NCBI GenBank assembly: GCA_050633245.1
Contig: JBOEGD010000012.1
Coordinates: forward strand, 195,077 to 226,515
Source of the DNA: Calditrichia bacterium
GTDB taxonomy: Bacteria; Calditrichota; Calditrichia; RBG-13-44-9; J075
Length of the DNA stretch: 31,439 nucleotides
Direction of reading: 5' to 3'
Shown: positions 23,429-31,439 of the stretch, in pieces
How positions within the stretch are numbered: the first letter of the stretch is position 1
Layout: each line of letters begins with the position of its first letter
Notes under the pieces: generated by a model
Seen by the model: the letters and a program-made list of their open reading frames with translations, nothing else
Database searches by the model: none
What the model was told of the DNA's origin: nothing
Program-made: the position numbers and the translations under genes

Positions 23429-23514
23429 AAACTAACCCTCACTTTCAGATTTATGGTTGAGTACTGAAACAACTTGCGACACCGCCACGCCCAGCATGGC
23501 GATGCGAATGGTTC

Positions 23515-26500
23515 TTACCCTACCTTAATGTCTAGTCCCAACCCTTGAAGTTCTTTTACCAACACGTTAAACGATTCCGGTCTTCCAGGTTCCGGCAGGT
23601 TATCTCCCTTAACGATCGCCTCATAGACTTTGGTACGTCCATGAACGTCATCGCTCTTATAGGTAAGAATTTCCTGCAGGGTATGTGCTGCGCCATATGC
23701 TTCCAGCGCCCACACTTCCATCTCACCGAATCGCTGACCACCAAACTGTGCCTTACCTCCCAGCGGCTGCTGGGTAATAAGAGAATAGGGGCCGATCGAA
23801 CGTGCGTGAATTTTATCGTCAACCATATGCGAAAGTTTCAACATATAGATATAGCCGACGCTCACTTCCTGATCAAATGGTTCGCCTGTCAAGCCATCAT
23901 AAAGCTTCATTTTACCGCTTTTCGGCAGACCGGCTTTTTCCAGTTCATCAAGAACTTCATCGTATGTTGCTCCGTCGAACACAGGGGTGGCATAGTATTT
24001 ATCGAGTGCACGACCAGCCCATCCAAGGGTGGTCTCAAAAATCTGCCCAAGGTTCATACGAGACGGCACACCCAGCGGGTTCAGCACGATGTCAGTTGGC
24101 GTTCCATCCGGCAGGAACGGCATGTCTTCAACCGGAACAATTTTGGCGATAACACCTTTGTTCCCGTGACGACCGGCCATTTTATCTCCGACCTTCAGCT
24201 TGCGTTTCTGAGCAACGTAGACCTTTGCCAGCTGCACGATTCCCGGGGGAAGTTCGTCGCCAACATTAATCTTATGCTTCTCCGTGCGTAGTTCAGCCTC
24301 AATATCACGCGACAGATTTTTAAACTCGGTAAACAATTTAACGATTGCTCCATCGTCCTTCTTATTGTCGAACCAGGGTGTCATGTAATCCACCAGCTCC
24401 AGCTCAACTTTATCGAAGGTCGTTTCGCTAATCTTGCCACCATTTTTCAACAGTGCTTTTCCGGAACGGCTATTGATGCCCATTGTCTTCTTGCCACCGA
24501 ACTTGCTGGCGAGATGAGTTCTGAGACGACTTTCAATAGCAACTTTCTTTTCAAGCGCCTGTTGCTCCAGTATTTCGAGCAGTTTCTTATCTTCTTTTTT
24601 CGTTTTAGGATCTTTTTTCTTCCGTGAAAAAAGCTTGGTATCGATAACAATACCTTCTGTTCCGGCAGACATTTTCAGCGAGGCATCTTTTACGTCGCCA
24701 GCTTTGCTACCAAAGATTGCCTTCAGCAGCTTTTCTTCCGGTGTCGGCTCGGTCTCACCTTTCGGCGTTACTTTACCAACCAGAATATCCCCGGCCTTTA
24801 CTTCAGCACCGGTGCGAATAATTCCGTTTTCATCGAGGTTCTTTGTTGCTTCCTCACTGACGTTCGGAATCTCACGGGTGAGTTCTTCTTCACCACGCTT
24901 GGTATCGCGCACCTGAATTTCATACTCTTCCAGGTGGATAGAGGTATATGCGTCATCGCGCACCATGGCTTCGGAGATGAGAATAGCATCCTCAAAGTTG
25001 TAGCCATTCCAGGGCATAAATGCTACTAACACATTTCGTCCCAAAGCCAGCTCACCACGATCGGTGGACGGGCCATCACAGAGCACTTCACCGTGTTCAA
25101 CGCGCTGGCCTTCAACAACACGCGGGCGCTGATTTACACAGGTGCTCTGGTTTGTTCGAACAAACTTCATCAGATCGTATTCAAGACGCTGAGCTTCCCC
25201 CATCAAGATCTGACGAGGATTATCAACCTTTCCTGAATCGACTTTCACGACAATGCGATTCGCATCGACGTGTTCCACTATACCATCGGCGTCGGACACG
25301 ATAATGGCACCGGAGTCGCGAGCAACCTTATGCTCGATACCGGTTCCAACAATCGGTGTTTCCGGGTCGATAAGCGGAACGGCCTGGCGCTGCATATTTG
25401 AACCCATCAGAGCACGGTTAGCATCATCGTGCTCTACGAAAGGAATCAGTGATGCAGAAGCAGACAAAATCTGATTAGATGCAATATCGATGTACTGCAC
25501 TTCCGTTGGCGGAGCCAGCAGAAAGTCGCCACGCTTACGCACCTTGATCAGATCGCGTTCGAACTTCTTTGACTTAAAATCTACCGGCGCATTGAACTGC
25601 GCAATAGTCGCGCGTTCTTCGTCATCGGCAGAAAGGAATTCAATCTCATCTGTAACCTTACCATTGGTGATCTTACGATAAGGTGTTTCGATAAATCCAA
25701 AATCATTCACCTTGGCCAAAACGCTCAGGCTTGAAATCAGGCCAATATTCGGACCTTCAGGGGTTTCGATGGGACAGAGTCGTCCATAGTGCGTATAGTG
25801 AATGTCACGCACCTCAAAACCAGCACGTTCGCGAGTAAGGCCACCCGGCCCAAGCGCACTCATACGACGCTTGTGCGTCAACTCGGACAGCGGATTGGTT
25901 TGATCCATGAACTGGGATAACTGCGATGTACCAAAGAACGTATTGATCACCGAGGTAATTGCTCTGGCGTTTACCAGATCCTGCGGTGTAATCGTTTCGG
26001 CATCTCCCAGGTTCATGCGCTCTTTAATCGTGCGAGCCATACGGGTCAATCCCAGGTTAAACTGGGCTGCCAGCTGCTCACCAACCGTTTTCACGCGACG
26101 ATTTCCGAGGTGGTCAATATCATCTGTATTGCGCTTACCTTCGCGAAGATCAATTAGATACTTAACGATCTCAACAAAGTCTTGCTGAGTGAGTACCGTT
26201 GTTTCGTACTCAACCTCAAGACGCAGTTTTTTATTCAGACGATAGCGTCCAACAGCTCCGAGCTCATAGCGTTTCGGGTTAAAGAACATCTTTTTCAACA
26301 GATCACGAGCCGTTTCAATATCTGGCGGCTCGCCGGAGCGAAGCAGTTCATAGATAAGACGCAATGAGCTTTCTTCGTTCTTGGCAGGATCTTTATGAAG
26401 GGTATTCAAGATAATGTTCGGCATCGAAGGATCTTCCATATACTCCAGGGAAATCTTCTTAACCTTTGCTGCACGCAGGGCTTCGATAAGCTCTTCATCA

Positions 26501-27291
26501 AGCGGTGTAGCAGCCTCAACCAGAATCTCTCCGGTTTTCGGATCAGGCACATCCGCAATAACCTTGCGTCCAACCAATGTCAGGGCATCGGATTTCTTAA
26601 TATCCACTTCTTCGGTCAGATTAAAAAGACCGAGGAGTTCGGAATTGTCCGTAAACCCAAGCGCCCGCAGAAAAGAGGTCACGAAGAACTTCTTCTTGCG
26701 GTCGATATATACGTGCAGGCAATCATTTACGTCCGTCATAAATTCCACCCAGCTACCGCGGAATGGAATAATGCGTGCGGAAAAGATTTTACTGCCGTTG
26801 GGGTGAATACTCTCATCAAAGAAAACACCCGGCGCACGATGTAACTGATTAACGATCACGCGCTCGGCACCATTTATAATAAATGTCCCGCGCATGGTCA
26901 TATACGGCATATTGCCAAGATACACATCTTGTTCGATGATATCGGTATAATCTTCCGTATCACCACTTGGATCTTTGATAGACAAACGCAGCTTCGCCTT
27001 AAGGGGCGCAGCGTAAGTAAGCCCTCGTTCACGGCATTCTTTAACCGAGTATTTGGGCTTATCAAGATAGTATTCGACGAAATCGAGAATAAAATTTTCT
27101 CGCGTATCGACGATAGGGAATATTCCTAGAAAAACGGATTGCAGACCACTGTCTTCTCGCTGATCAGGAAGTTTATCTTCCTGCAGAAACTCCACAAAAG
27201 AACGTCGTTGAACATCCAGAAGATCCGGATACTCAACGATCGTGGGAATTTTCGAGAAACTGTGGCGTGTAAGCAGACTCTCGATTTTCAA
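23515..27291 (-). CDS. rpoB: DNA-directed RNA polymerase subunit beta
   Basis: [51 protein letters not shown]. Start TTG 27291 (GAGGTG SD) or GTG 27300. Confidence 0.99.
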   Translation of the reverse strand: MKIESLLTRHSFSKIPTIVEYPDLLDVQRRSFVEFLQEDKLPDQREDSGLQSVFLGIFPIVDTRENFILDFVEYYLDKPKYSVKECRERGLTYAAPLKAKLRLSIKDPSGDTEDYTDIIEQDVYLGNMPYMTMRGTFIINGAERVIVNQLHRAPGVFFDESIHPNGSKIFSARIIPFRGSWVEFMTDVNDCLHVYIDRKKKFFVTSFLRALGFTDNSELLGLFNLTEEVDIKKSDALTLVGRKVIADVPDPKTGEILVEAATPLDEELIEALRAAKVKKISLEYMEDPSMPNIILNTLHKDPAKNEESSLRLIYELLRSGEPPDIETARDLLKKMFFNPKRYELGAVGRYRLNKKLRLEVEYETTVLTQQDFVEIVKYLIDLREGKRNTDDIDHLGNRRVKTVGEQLAAQFNLGLTRMARTIKERMNLGDAETITPQDLVNARAITSVINTFFGTSQLSQFMDQTNPLSELTHKRRMSALGPGGLTRERAGFEVRDIHYTHYGRLCPIETPEGPNIGLISSLSVLAKVNDFGFIETPYRKITNGKVTDEIEFLSADDEERATIAQFNAPVDFKSKKFERDLIKVRKRGDFLLAPPTEVQYIDIASNQILSASASLIPFVEHDDANRALMGSNMQRQAVPLIDPETPIVGTGIEHKVARDSGAIIVSDADGIVEHVDANRIVVKVDSGKVDNPRQILMGEAQRLEYDLMKFVRTNQSTCVNQRPRVVEGQRVEHGEVLCDGPSTDRGELALGRNVLVAFMPWNGYNFEDAILISEAMVRDDAYTSIHLEEYEIQVRDTKRGEEELTREIPNVSEEATKNLDENGIIRTGAEVKAGDILVGKVTPKGETEPTPEEKLLKAIFGSKAGDVKDASLKMSAGTEGIVIDTKLFSRKKKDPKTKKEDKKLLEILEQQALEKKVAIESRLRTHLASKFGGKKTMGINSRSGKALLKNGGKISETTFDKVELELVDYMTPWFDNKKDDGAIVKLFTEFKNLSRDIEAELRTEKHKINVGDELPPGIVQLAKVYVAQKRKLKVGDKMAGRHGNKGVIAKIVPVEDMPFLPDGTPTDIVLNPLGVPSRMNLGQIFETTLGWAGRALDKYYATPVFDGATYDEVLDELEKAGLPKSGKMKLYDGLTGEPFDQEVSVGYIYMLKLSHMVDDKIHARSIGPYSLITQQPLGGKAQFGGQRFGEMEVWALEAYGAAHTLQEILTYKSDDVHGRTKVYEAIVKGDNLPEPGRPESFNVLVKELQGLGLDIKVG

Positions 27292-27390
27292 AAGAAGCAC
27301 CTCTTTTCTGTTTAAGCATTAAACGTTCGACGAATTGGAAGAGGCGGAGAAAAAGTTAGTATATTGCCTTACTACAGTATTAAGTCGCAC

Positions 27391-27771
27391 TTATGCGATC
27401 TCGGCAACAGCACCAACCTCTTCAAGTTGCTTCTTCAACTCTTCGGCTTCAGCCTTCTCAACGCCTTCTTTCACGGCTTTGGGAGCAGCTTCAACAACTT
27501 CTTTTGCTTCTTTCAATCCAAGACCGGTAATTGCACGAACAACCTTAATTACCTGAATCTTCTGAGAACCTACTTCTTTCAACACAACGTCGAAATCAGT
27601 CTTCTCTTCGGCTGCAGCAGCGTCTCCGCCACCTCCAGCGACTGCTACAGCAACCGGAGCGGCAGCAGTAACACCAAATTTCTCTTCAATTTCTTCAACC
27701 AGCTTGGAAACGTCCATCATTGTAGCCGTTTCCAAATAGCTAAGCACATCTTCACGGGTGATAGTAGCCAT
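27391..27771 (-). CDS. rplL: 50S ribosomal protein L7/L12
   Basis: [39 protein letters not shown]. Confidence 0.99.
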   Translation of the reverse strand: MATITREDVLSYLETATMMDVSKLVEEIEEKFGVTAAAPVAVAVAGGGGDAAAAEEKTDFDVVLKEVGSQKIQVIKVVRAITGLGLKEAKEVVEAAPKAVKEGVEKAEAEELKKQLEEVGAVAEIA

Positions 27772-27813
27772 TTTTAGCTTACCTCCATTAAGGATTATGT
27801 TTATCCGTTAAGC

Positions 27814-28329
27814 TTATTTTTTTGTTTCTTCAAGAGATTTAAGCACACCGACCATACCAGACATTGGCGCATTCAACGTTGCGGCAAGCTTGGTCATCGG
27901 AGACTGAATCATGCTCATAAACTTCGCAAGAAGTTCATCCTTGCTCGGAAGTTCAGATAAGGCTTCCACGTTCTCCGAGACGATCTCGCCATCGAAGTAG
28001 GCTGCCTTGATTGCAAATTTGCCGTCCAGTTCAGTCTTGAACGACTTTACAATCTTTATCGGAAGTGTTGGATCGTCATAACTGATTGCGTAGGAATTAA
28101 CGCCTTTCAGCATATCATCAAGTCCATCAATACCGGCATTCTTCAGAGAGAGCTTGGCGAGCGTATTCTTCACAACGCGATACTCAACGTTGGACTCATA
28201 GAACTTACGTCGCAATTCATTTATTGTATTCACATCAACGCCGGTAAAATCAGCCATAAAAAAGCTGGAGGCATTCGTGAACTTCTCTGACATTTCTTGA
28301 ACAATTGCTTCTTTTTGAGGGGTTGGCAT
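27814..28329 (-). CDS. rplJ: 50S ribosomal protein L10
   Basis: ADFTGVDV..INELR, VVKNTLAK, LPSKDELLAK; synteny. Confidence 0.98.
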   Translation of the reverse strand: MPTPQKEAIVQEMSEKFTNASSFFMADFTGVDVNTINELRRKFYESNVEYRVVKNTLAKLSLKNAGIDGLDDMLKGVNSYAISYDDPTLPIKIVKSFKTELDGKFAIKAAYFDGEIVSENVEALSELPSKDELLAKFMSMIQSPMTKLAATLNAPMSGMVGVLKSLEETKK

Positions 28330-28376
28330 TTCTCAGGCCTCTCTCAACATAGCTTTTACTCTAGGATTTATGGGAT

Positions 28377-29075
28377 TTACGCAAAGTCACTTGAACTTGT
28401 TGTCAGGCGAATTCCGGGTCCCATCACATTTGACAGGGCAATACTTTTCACATAGGTGCCCTTAGAAGCAGAAGGTTTTAAGCGAAAGATCGTCTGCACG
28501 AGTAACCGCACATTGTCTTCGAGCTTATCGGCATCAAAAGAAGCCTTACCAACGCTGGTATGAATAATACCGTGCTTATCGACGCGAAAGTCGATTTTAC
28601 CGGCCTTAACTTCTTTAACTGTAGTTCCGATATCCATCGTTACGGTACCACTTTTGGGGTTCGGCATCAATCCGCGAGGCCCGAGAACCCGTCCCAGCTT
28701 ACCAAGATCACGCATGGCGTCAGGCGTAGCGACCAGCACATCAAAGTCTAACCAACCACCGCTGATTTTTTCGAGGTAATCTTCATAGCCCACATGATCA
28801 GCACCGGCTTCGGTAGCTTCAGTGGCTTTATCGCCTTTGGCAATTACCATAACGCGAACTTCTTTACCGAGACCGTGTGGCAGAGAAACCGTTCCGCGCA
28901 CTACCTGATCGGCATGTCGGGGATCAACACCCAGCCTTACAGCAATTTCAACCGTTTCATCGAATTTTGCCGTGCCGGTCTTTTTAATCAGATCCACACC
29001 CTCTTGCAAGGAGTAGAGCTTATTTTCATCTACCAGCTCGACAGCTGCGAGAAAACGTTTGCTTTTTTTAGCCAT
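28377..29075 (-). CDS. rplA: 50S ribosomal protein L1
   Basis: [38 protein letters not shown]. Confidence 0.99.
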   Translation of the reverse strand: MAKKSKRFLAAVELVDENKLYSLQEGVDLIKKTGTAKFDETVEIAVRLGVDPRHADQVVRGTVSLPHGLGKEVRVMVIAKGDKATEATEAGADHVGYEDYLEKISGGWLDFDVLVATPDAMRDLGKLGRVLGPRGLMPNPKSGTVTMDIGTTVKEVKAGKIDFRVDKHGIIHTSVGKASFDADKLEDNVRLLVQTIFRLKPSASKGTYVKSIALSNVMGPGIRLTTSSSDFA

Positions 29076-29097
29076 TTCAATATCCTCAATACGAAAT

Positions 29098-29523
29098 TTA
29101 GTCTATGACTTCGATTCCCATACTTCGGGCTGTTCCGGCAATGATCAGCTTTGCAGCGTCAATATCCATTGCGTTCAGGTCAGGCATCTTTTGCTCAGCA
29201 ATTTCTTTGAGCTGATCCTGTGTAATTTTTGCGACTTTATTACGATTCGGCTCAGCAGACCCTTTATCAATTTTCAAGGCCTTCAGCAGCAGTGTAGATG
29301 CCGGTGGCGTCTTCGTGATAAAGCTAAAGGAGCGATCGGCATAAACCGTAATCACAACCGGAATAATGTATCCCATTTTATCCTGCGTCTTAGCATTGAA
29401 TGCCTTACAGAATTCCATGATGTTCACACCATGCTGACCCAATGCAGGGCCAACCGGAGGTGAGGGATTGGCTTGACCGGCCGGGATTTGAAGCTTTATA
29501 TAGCCTGTAATTTTCTTTGCCAT
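29098..29523 (-). CDS. rplK: 50S ribosomal protein L11
   Basis: [34 protein letters not shown]. Confidence 0.99.
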   Translation of the reverse strand: MAKKITGYIKLQIPAGQANPSPPVGPALGQHGVNIMEFCKAFNAKTQDKMGYIIPVVITVYADRSFSFITKTPPASTLLLKALKIDKGSAEPNRNKVAKITQDQLKEIAEQKMPDLNAMDIDAAKLIIAGTARSMGIEVID

Positions 29524-29553
29524 CTTCGCCTCTGATTCGTTAGTCTTTCAGCG

Positions 29554-30102
29554 TTATTCTTCCAGATGAACTTGAAGGAAATCCAGTTCTACCGGAGTAG
29601 GCCGGCCGAAGATACTGACCGAAACCTTAACTTTTTTCTTTTCTTCATTAATTTCTTCCACAACCCCGGTAAAGTCTGCAAAAGGCCCGTCGACTACGCG
29701 AATTACATCGCCAATCTGAAAGGGAACTTCCACTTTCTCGACTTCACTCTCCTGGCGTTCAACTTTACGCAACACCAGCTCTACTTCAGGACCGCGAACA
29801 ACTTCCGGATTATTCTTTGGACCAAGAAACCCAAGCACTCCAGGTGTTTCTTGCACAACATAGGCAGACTTGGTGTTGTAGTTCATCTCGATCAACACAT
29901 AACCGGGGAAAAACACCTTATTCTTCAGACGCTTTTTCCCGTTACGCAGCTCCAGAACCGGCTCAGAAGGAACAACTACCCGGCCGATATCGCCGGCCGC
30001 CAGTTTTTCCTCGAACTCGATTGCGTTTTCGAGATGAGCTTTAACCTTAGCCTCTTGGCCGGAAAAAACCCGCAATGTATACCATTTCATTTCCATGTCC
30101 AC
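29554..30102 (-). CDS. nusG: Transcription termination/antitermination factor NusG
   Basis: KWYTLRVFSGQE, FFPGYVLIEM, KOW GDVIRVVDGPF, IFGRPTPVELDF. Start uncertain (GTG 30102 or 30108, ATG 30096). Confidence 0.97.
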   Translation of the reverse strand: MDMEMKWYTLRVFSGQEAKVKAHLENAIEFEEKLAAGDIGRVVVPSEPVLELRNGKKRLKNKVFFPGYVLIEMNYNTKSAYVVQETPGVLGFLGPKNNPEVVRGPEVELVLRKVERQESEVEKVEVPFQIGDVIRVVDGPFADFTGVVEEINEEKKKVKVSVSIFGRPTPVELDFLQVHLEE

Positions 30103-30117
30103 GAACACACCCTTCGT

Positions 30118-30300
30118 TTAATACAAAAGGTTAATAATCCATGTGAAGAAGCCATCTGCCGCAAAGGTAAAAATTGTAAACAGTGCGGACACAACAGCAA
30201 CAACAAATGTCGAGTTTACGAGCTGCTCATGCGTCGGCCAGCTCACCTTTTTAACTTCAACTCGAACATCTTCCAAAAAATTTTTTACTTTTTCAACCAT
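30118..30300 (-). CDS. secE: Preprotein translocase subunit SecE
   Basis: EVKKVSWPT motif plus one TM helix. Start ATG 30300 (60 aa); the longer ORF would run into the tRNA. Confidence 0.96.
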   Translation of the reverse strand: MVEKVKNFLEDVRVEVKKVSWPTHEQLVNSTFVVAVVSALFTIFTFAADGFFTWIINLLY

Positions 30301-30342
30301 AACTACCAAACCTGTAGTTCTGTGTTCACTTGTTTTATTTTG

Positions 30343-30416
30343 CAGGCCCGGAGGGACTCGAACCCCCAACCTCCGGTTTTGGAGACCGGCGCACTAGCCA
30401 ATTGTGCTACGGGCCT
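30343..30416 (-). tRNA. tRNA-Trp (CCA anticodon)
   Basis: AGGCCCG/CGGGCCT acceptor stem, GCAC/GTGC D-stem, CCGGT-CTCCAAA-ACCGG anticodon arm, GGTTCGAGTCC T-arm, discriminator G73; usual position before secE. Confidence 0.98.
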
Positions 30417-30425
30417 AACCAAAGA

Positions 30426-30575
30426 CTACCTGGTTTCTTTATGCACCGTGTGTTTCGTGCACGTATTACAAAACTTCTTAAACTCTACGCGCTGCGGATG
30501 CAGGCGCTTGTTCTTTGTCGTACTGTAATTACGGTGCTTGCACACCGTGCATTCCAGGGTAATTTTATCTCTCAC
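30426..30575 (-). CDS. rpmG: 50S ribosomal protein L33 (Zn-binding form)
   Basis: Not in the ORF track; hand translation [49 protein letters not shown] (49 aa), GTG start with GGAG SD. Confidence 0.98.
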   Translation of the reverse strand: MRDKITLECTVCKHRNYSTTKNKRLHPQRVEFKKFCNTCTKHTVHKETR

Positions 30576-30603
30576 GGGTCTACTCCGTTTCAGCCGTTAA
30601 TGA

Positions 30604-31439
30604 TTACTCGATAACCTTGGTTACAACACCGGCGCCTACAGTGCGTCCACCTTCGCGAATAGCGAAGCGAAGCTCTTCTTTCATAGCGATCGGCTTGTGT
30701 AGTTCTACTGTCATCTGAGTATTGTCTCCCGGCATGATCATCTCAACGCCTTCGCCAAGCTCAATGGTTCCGGTTACGTCAGTTGTACGGAAGTAGAACT
30801 GCGGGCGATAGTTAGCGAAGAACGGAGTGTGACGACCACCCTCTTCCTTCTTCAGCACATATACCTCAGCAAGGAACTTAGTGTGCGGTGTAATAGAGCC
30901 AACCTTTGCGCAAACCATACCGCGCTCCAAAGCTTCTTTATCCACACCACGCATCAGCAGACCAACATTATCACCAGCACGACCTTCATCAAGCAACTTA
31001 CGGAACATCTCAACACCGGTAACAACCGTCTTACGGTCACGACCAAGGCCAACCAGATCAATTTCTTCACCAACTTTTACAACACCACTCTCAATACGAC
31101 CAGTTCCAACAGTTCCACGACCAGTAATTGAGAACACATCCTCAATCGGCATCAGGAAGTCTTTCTCGATATCGCGCTTCGGCTCTGGAATGTAGCTATC
31201 AACAGCATCAACTAATTCCTGAATACAGGCATTGTCTGACTCGCTGTCAGGGTTACTGAGTGCGTTCAGTGCGCTACCGCGAATAACCGGCAGATCGTCA
31301 CCCGGGAAGTCATAACTGCTAAGCAGTTCACGAACTTCGAGTTCAACAAGGTCGAGCAACTCTTCGTCGTCTACCATATCAACTTTATTCAAAAACACTA
31401 CGATATAAGGCACGTTTACCTGACGAGCAAGCAGGATGT
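30604..31439 (-). CDS. tuf: Elongation factor Tu (5'-truncated by window edge)
   Basis: [59 protein letters not shown]; frame is open to the end of the window. Confidence 0.99.
   Translation of the reverse strand, partial: ILLARQVNVPYIVVFLNKVDMVDDEELLDLVELEVRELLSSYDFPGDDLPVIRGSALNALSNPDSESDNACIQELVDAVDSYIPEPKRDIEKDFLMPIEDVFSITGRGTVGTGRIESGVVKVGEEIDLVGLGRDRKTVVTGVEMFRKLLDEGRAGDNVGLLMRGVDKEALERGMVCAKVGSITPHTKFLAEVYVLKKEEGGRHTPFFANYRPQFYFRTTDVTGTIELGEGVEMIMPGDNTQMTVELHKPIAMKEELRFAIREGGRTVGAGVVTKVIE

Noticed and set aside
23429-23514. Hairpin CGCCAUGC-UGG-GCGUGGCG between rpoB and rpoC as a terminator
   Set aside because: Short stem with no U-tract, between co-expressed subunits; at most a stability element.
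25840-25940. Possible rifampicin-resistance changes in RpoB cluster I (and streptomycin changes in S12)
   Set aside because: Key Q, D, H and S residues are wild type ([22 protein letters not shown]), as are the S12 PKKPNS and RVKDL motifs.
30343-30416. UGA recoding or a suppressor tRNA-Trp
   Set aside because: The anticodon is CCA with a normal D-stem, TGA is used as a stop in rplO and rpsJ, and no conserved gene is interrupted.
29566-30528. 320-aa plus-strand ORF
   Set aside because: Antisense shadow over nusG, secE, tRNA-Trp and rpmG with no protein-like motifs.

Overview
A 31.4-kb housekeeping region with every gene on the minus strand. It is one unbroken bacterial translation/transcription supercluster: (partial) tuf-rpmG-tRNA-Trp-secE-nusG-rplK-rplA-rplJ-rplL-rpoB-rpoC-rpsL-rpsG-fusA, then the S10 block, the spc block, secY-map-infA-rpmJ-rpsM-rpsK-rpoA-rplQ, a terminator, and a secreted GHL10/YddW(DigH)-like glycoside hydrolase. 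I found no mobile element, CRISPR array, rRNA or defence system. Gene order (no tuf after fusA, no adk, secY-map-infA) and RNAP inserts look FCB-group-like. Strong Shine-Dalgarno sites, a canonical TTGACA promoter and Zn-binding S14/L33/L36 argue against Bacteroidia/Flavobacteriia and suggest a deeper FCB-related lineage such as Calditrichota or KSB1 (inference). The unusual points are: (1) L17 carries a ~135-aa tail of six LEA/apolipoprotein-like 11-mer repeats between histone-H1-like Lys motifs; (2) rpsD is missing from the alpha block and a terminator-like hairpin sits in its place; (3) non-AUG starts are concentrated on 30S-protein genes (7/11 versus 2/21 for 50S); (4) structured spacers lie before rplE and rpsC and after rpoC; (5) beta' has substitutions at normally conserved positions. 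No large novel system is evident; these are candidates for follow-up.
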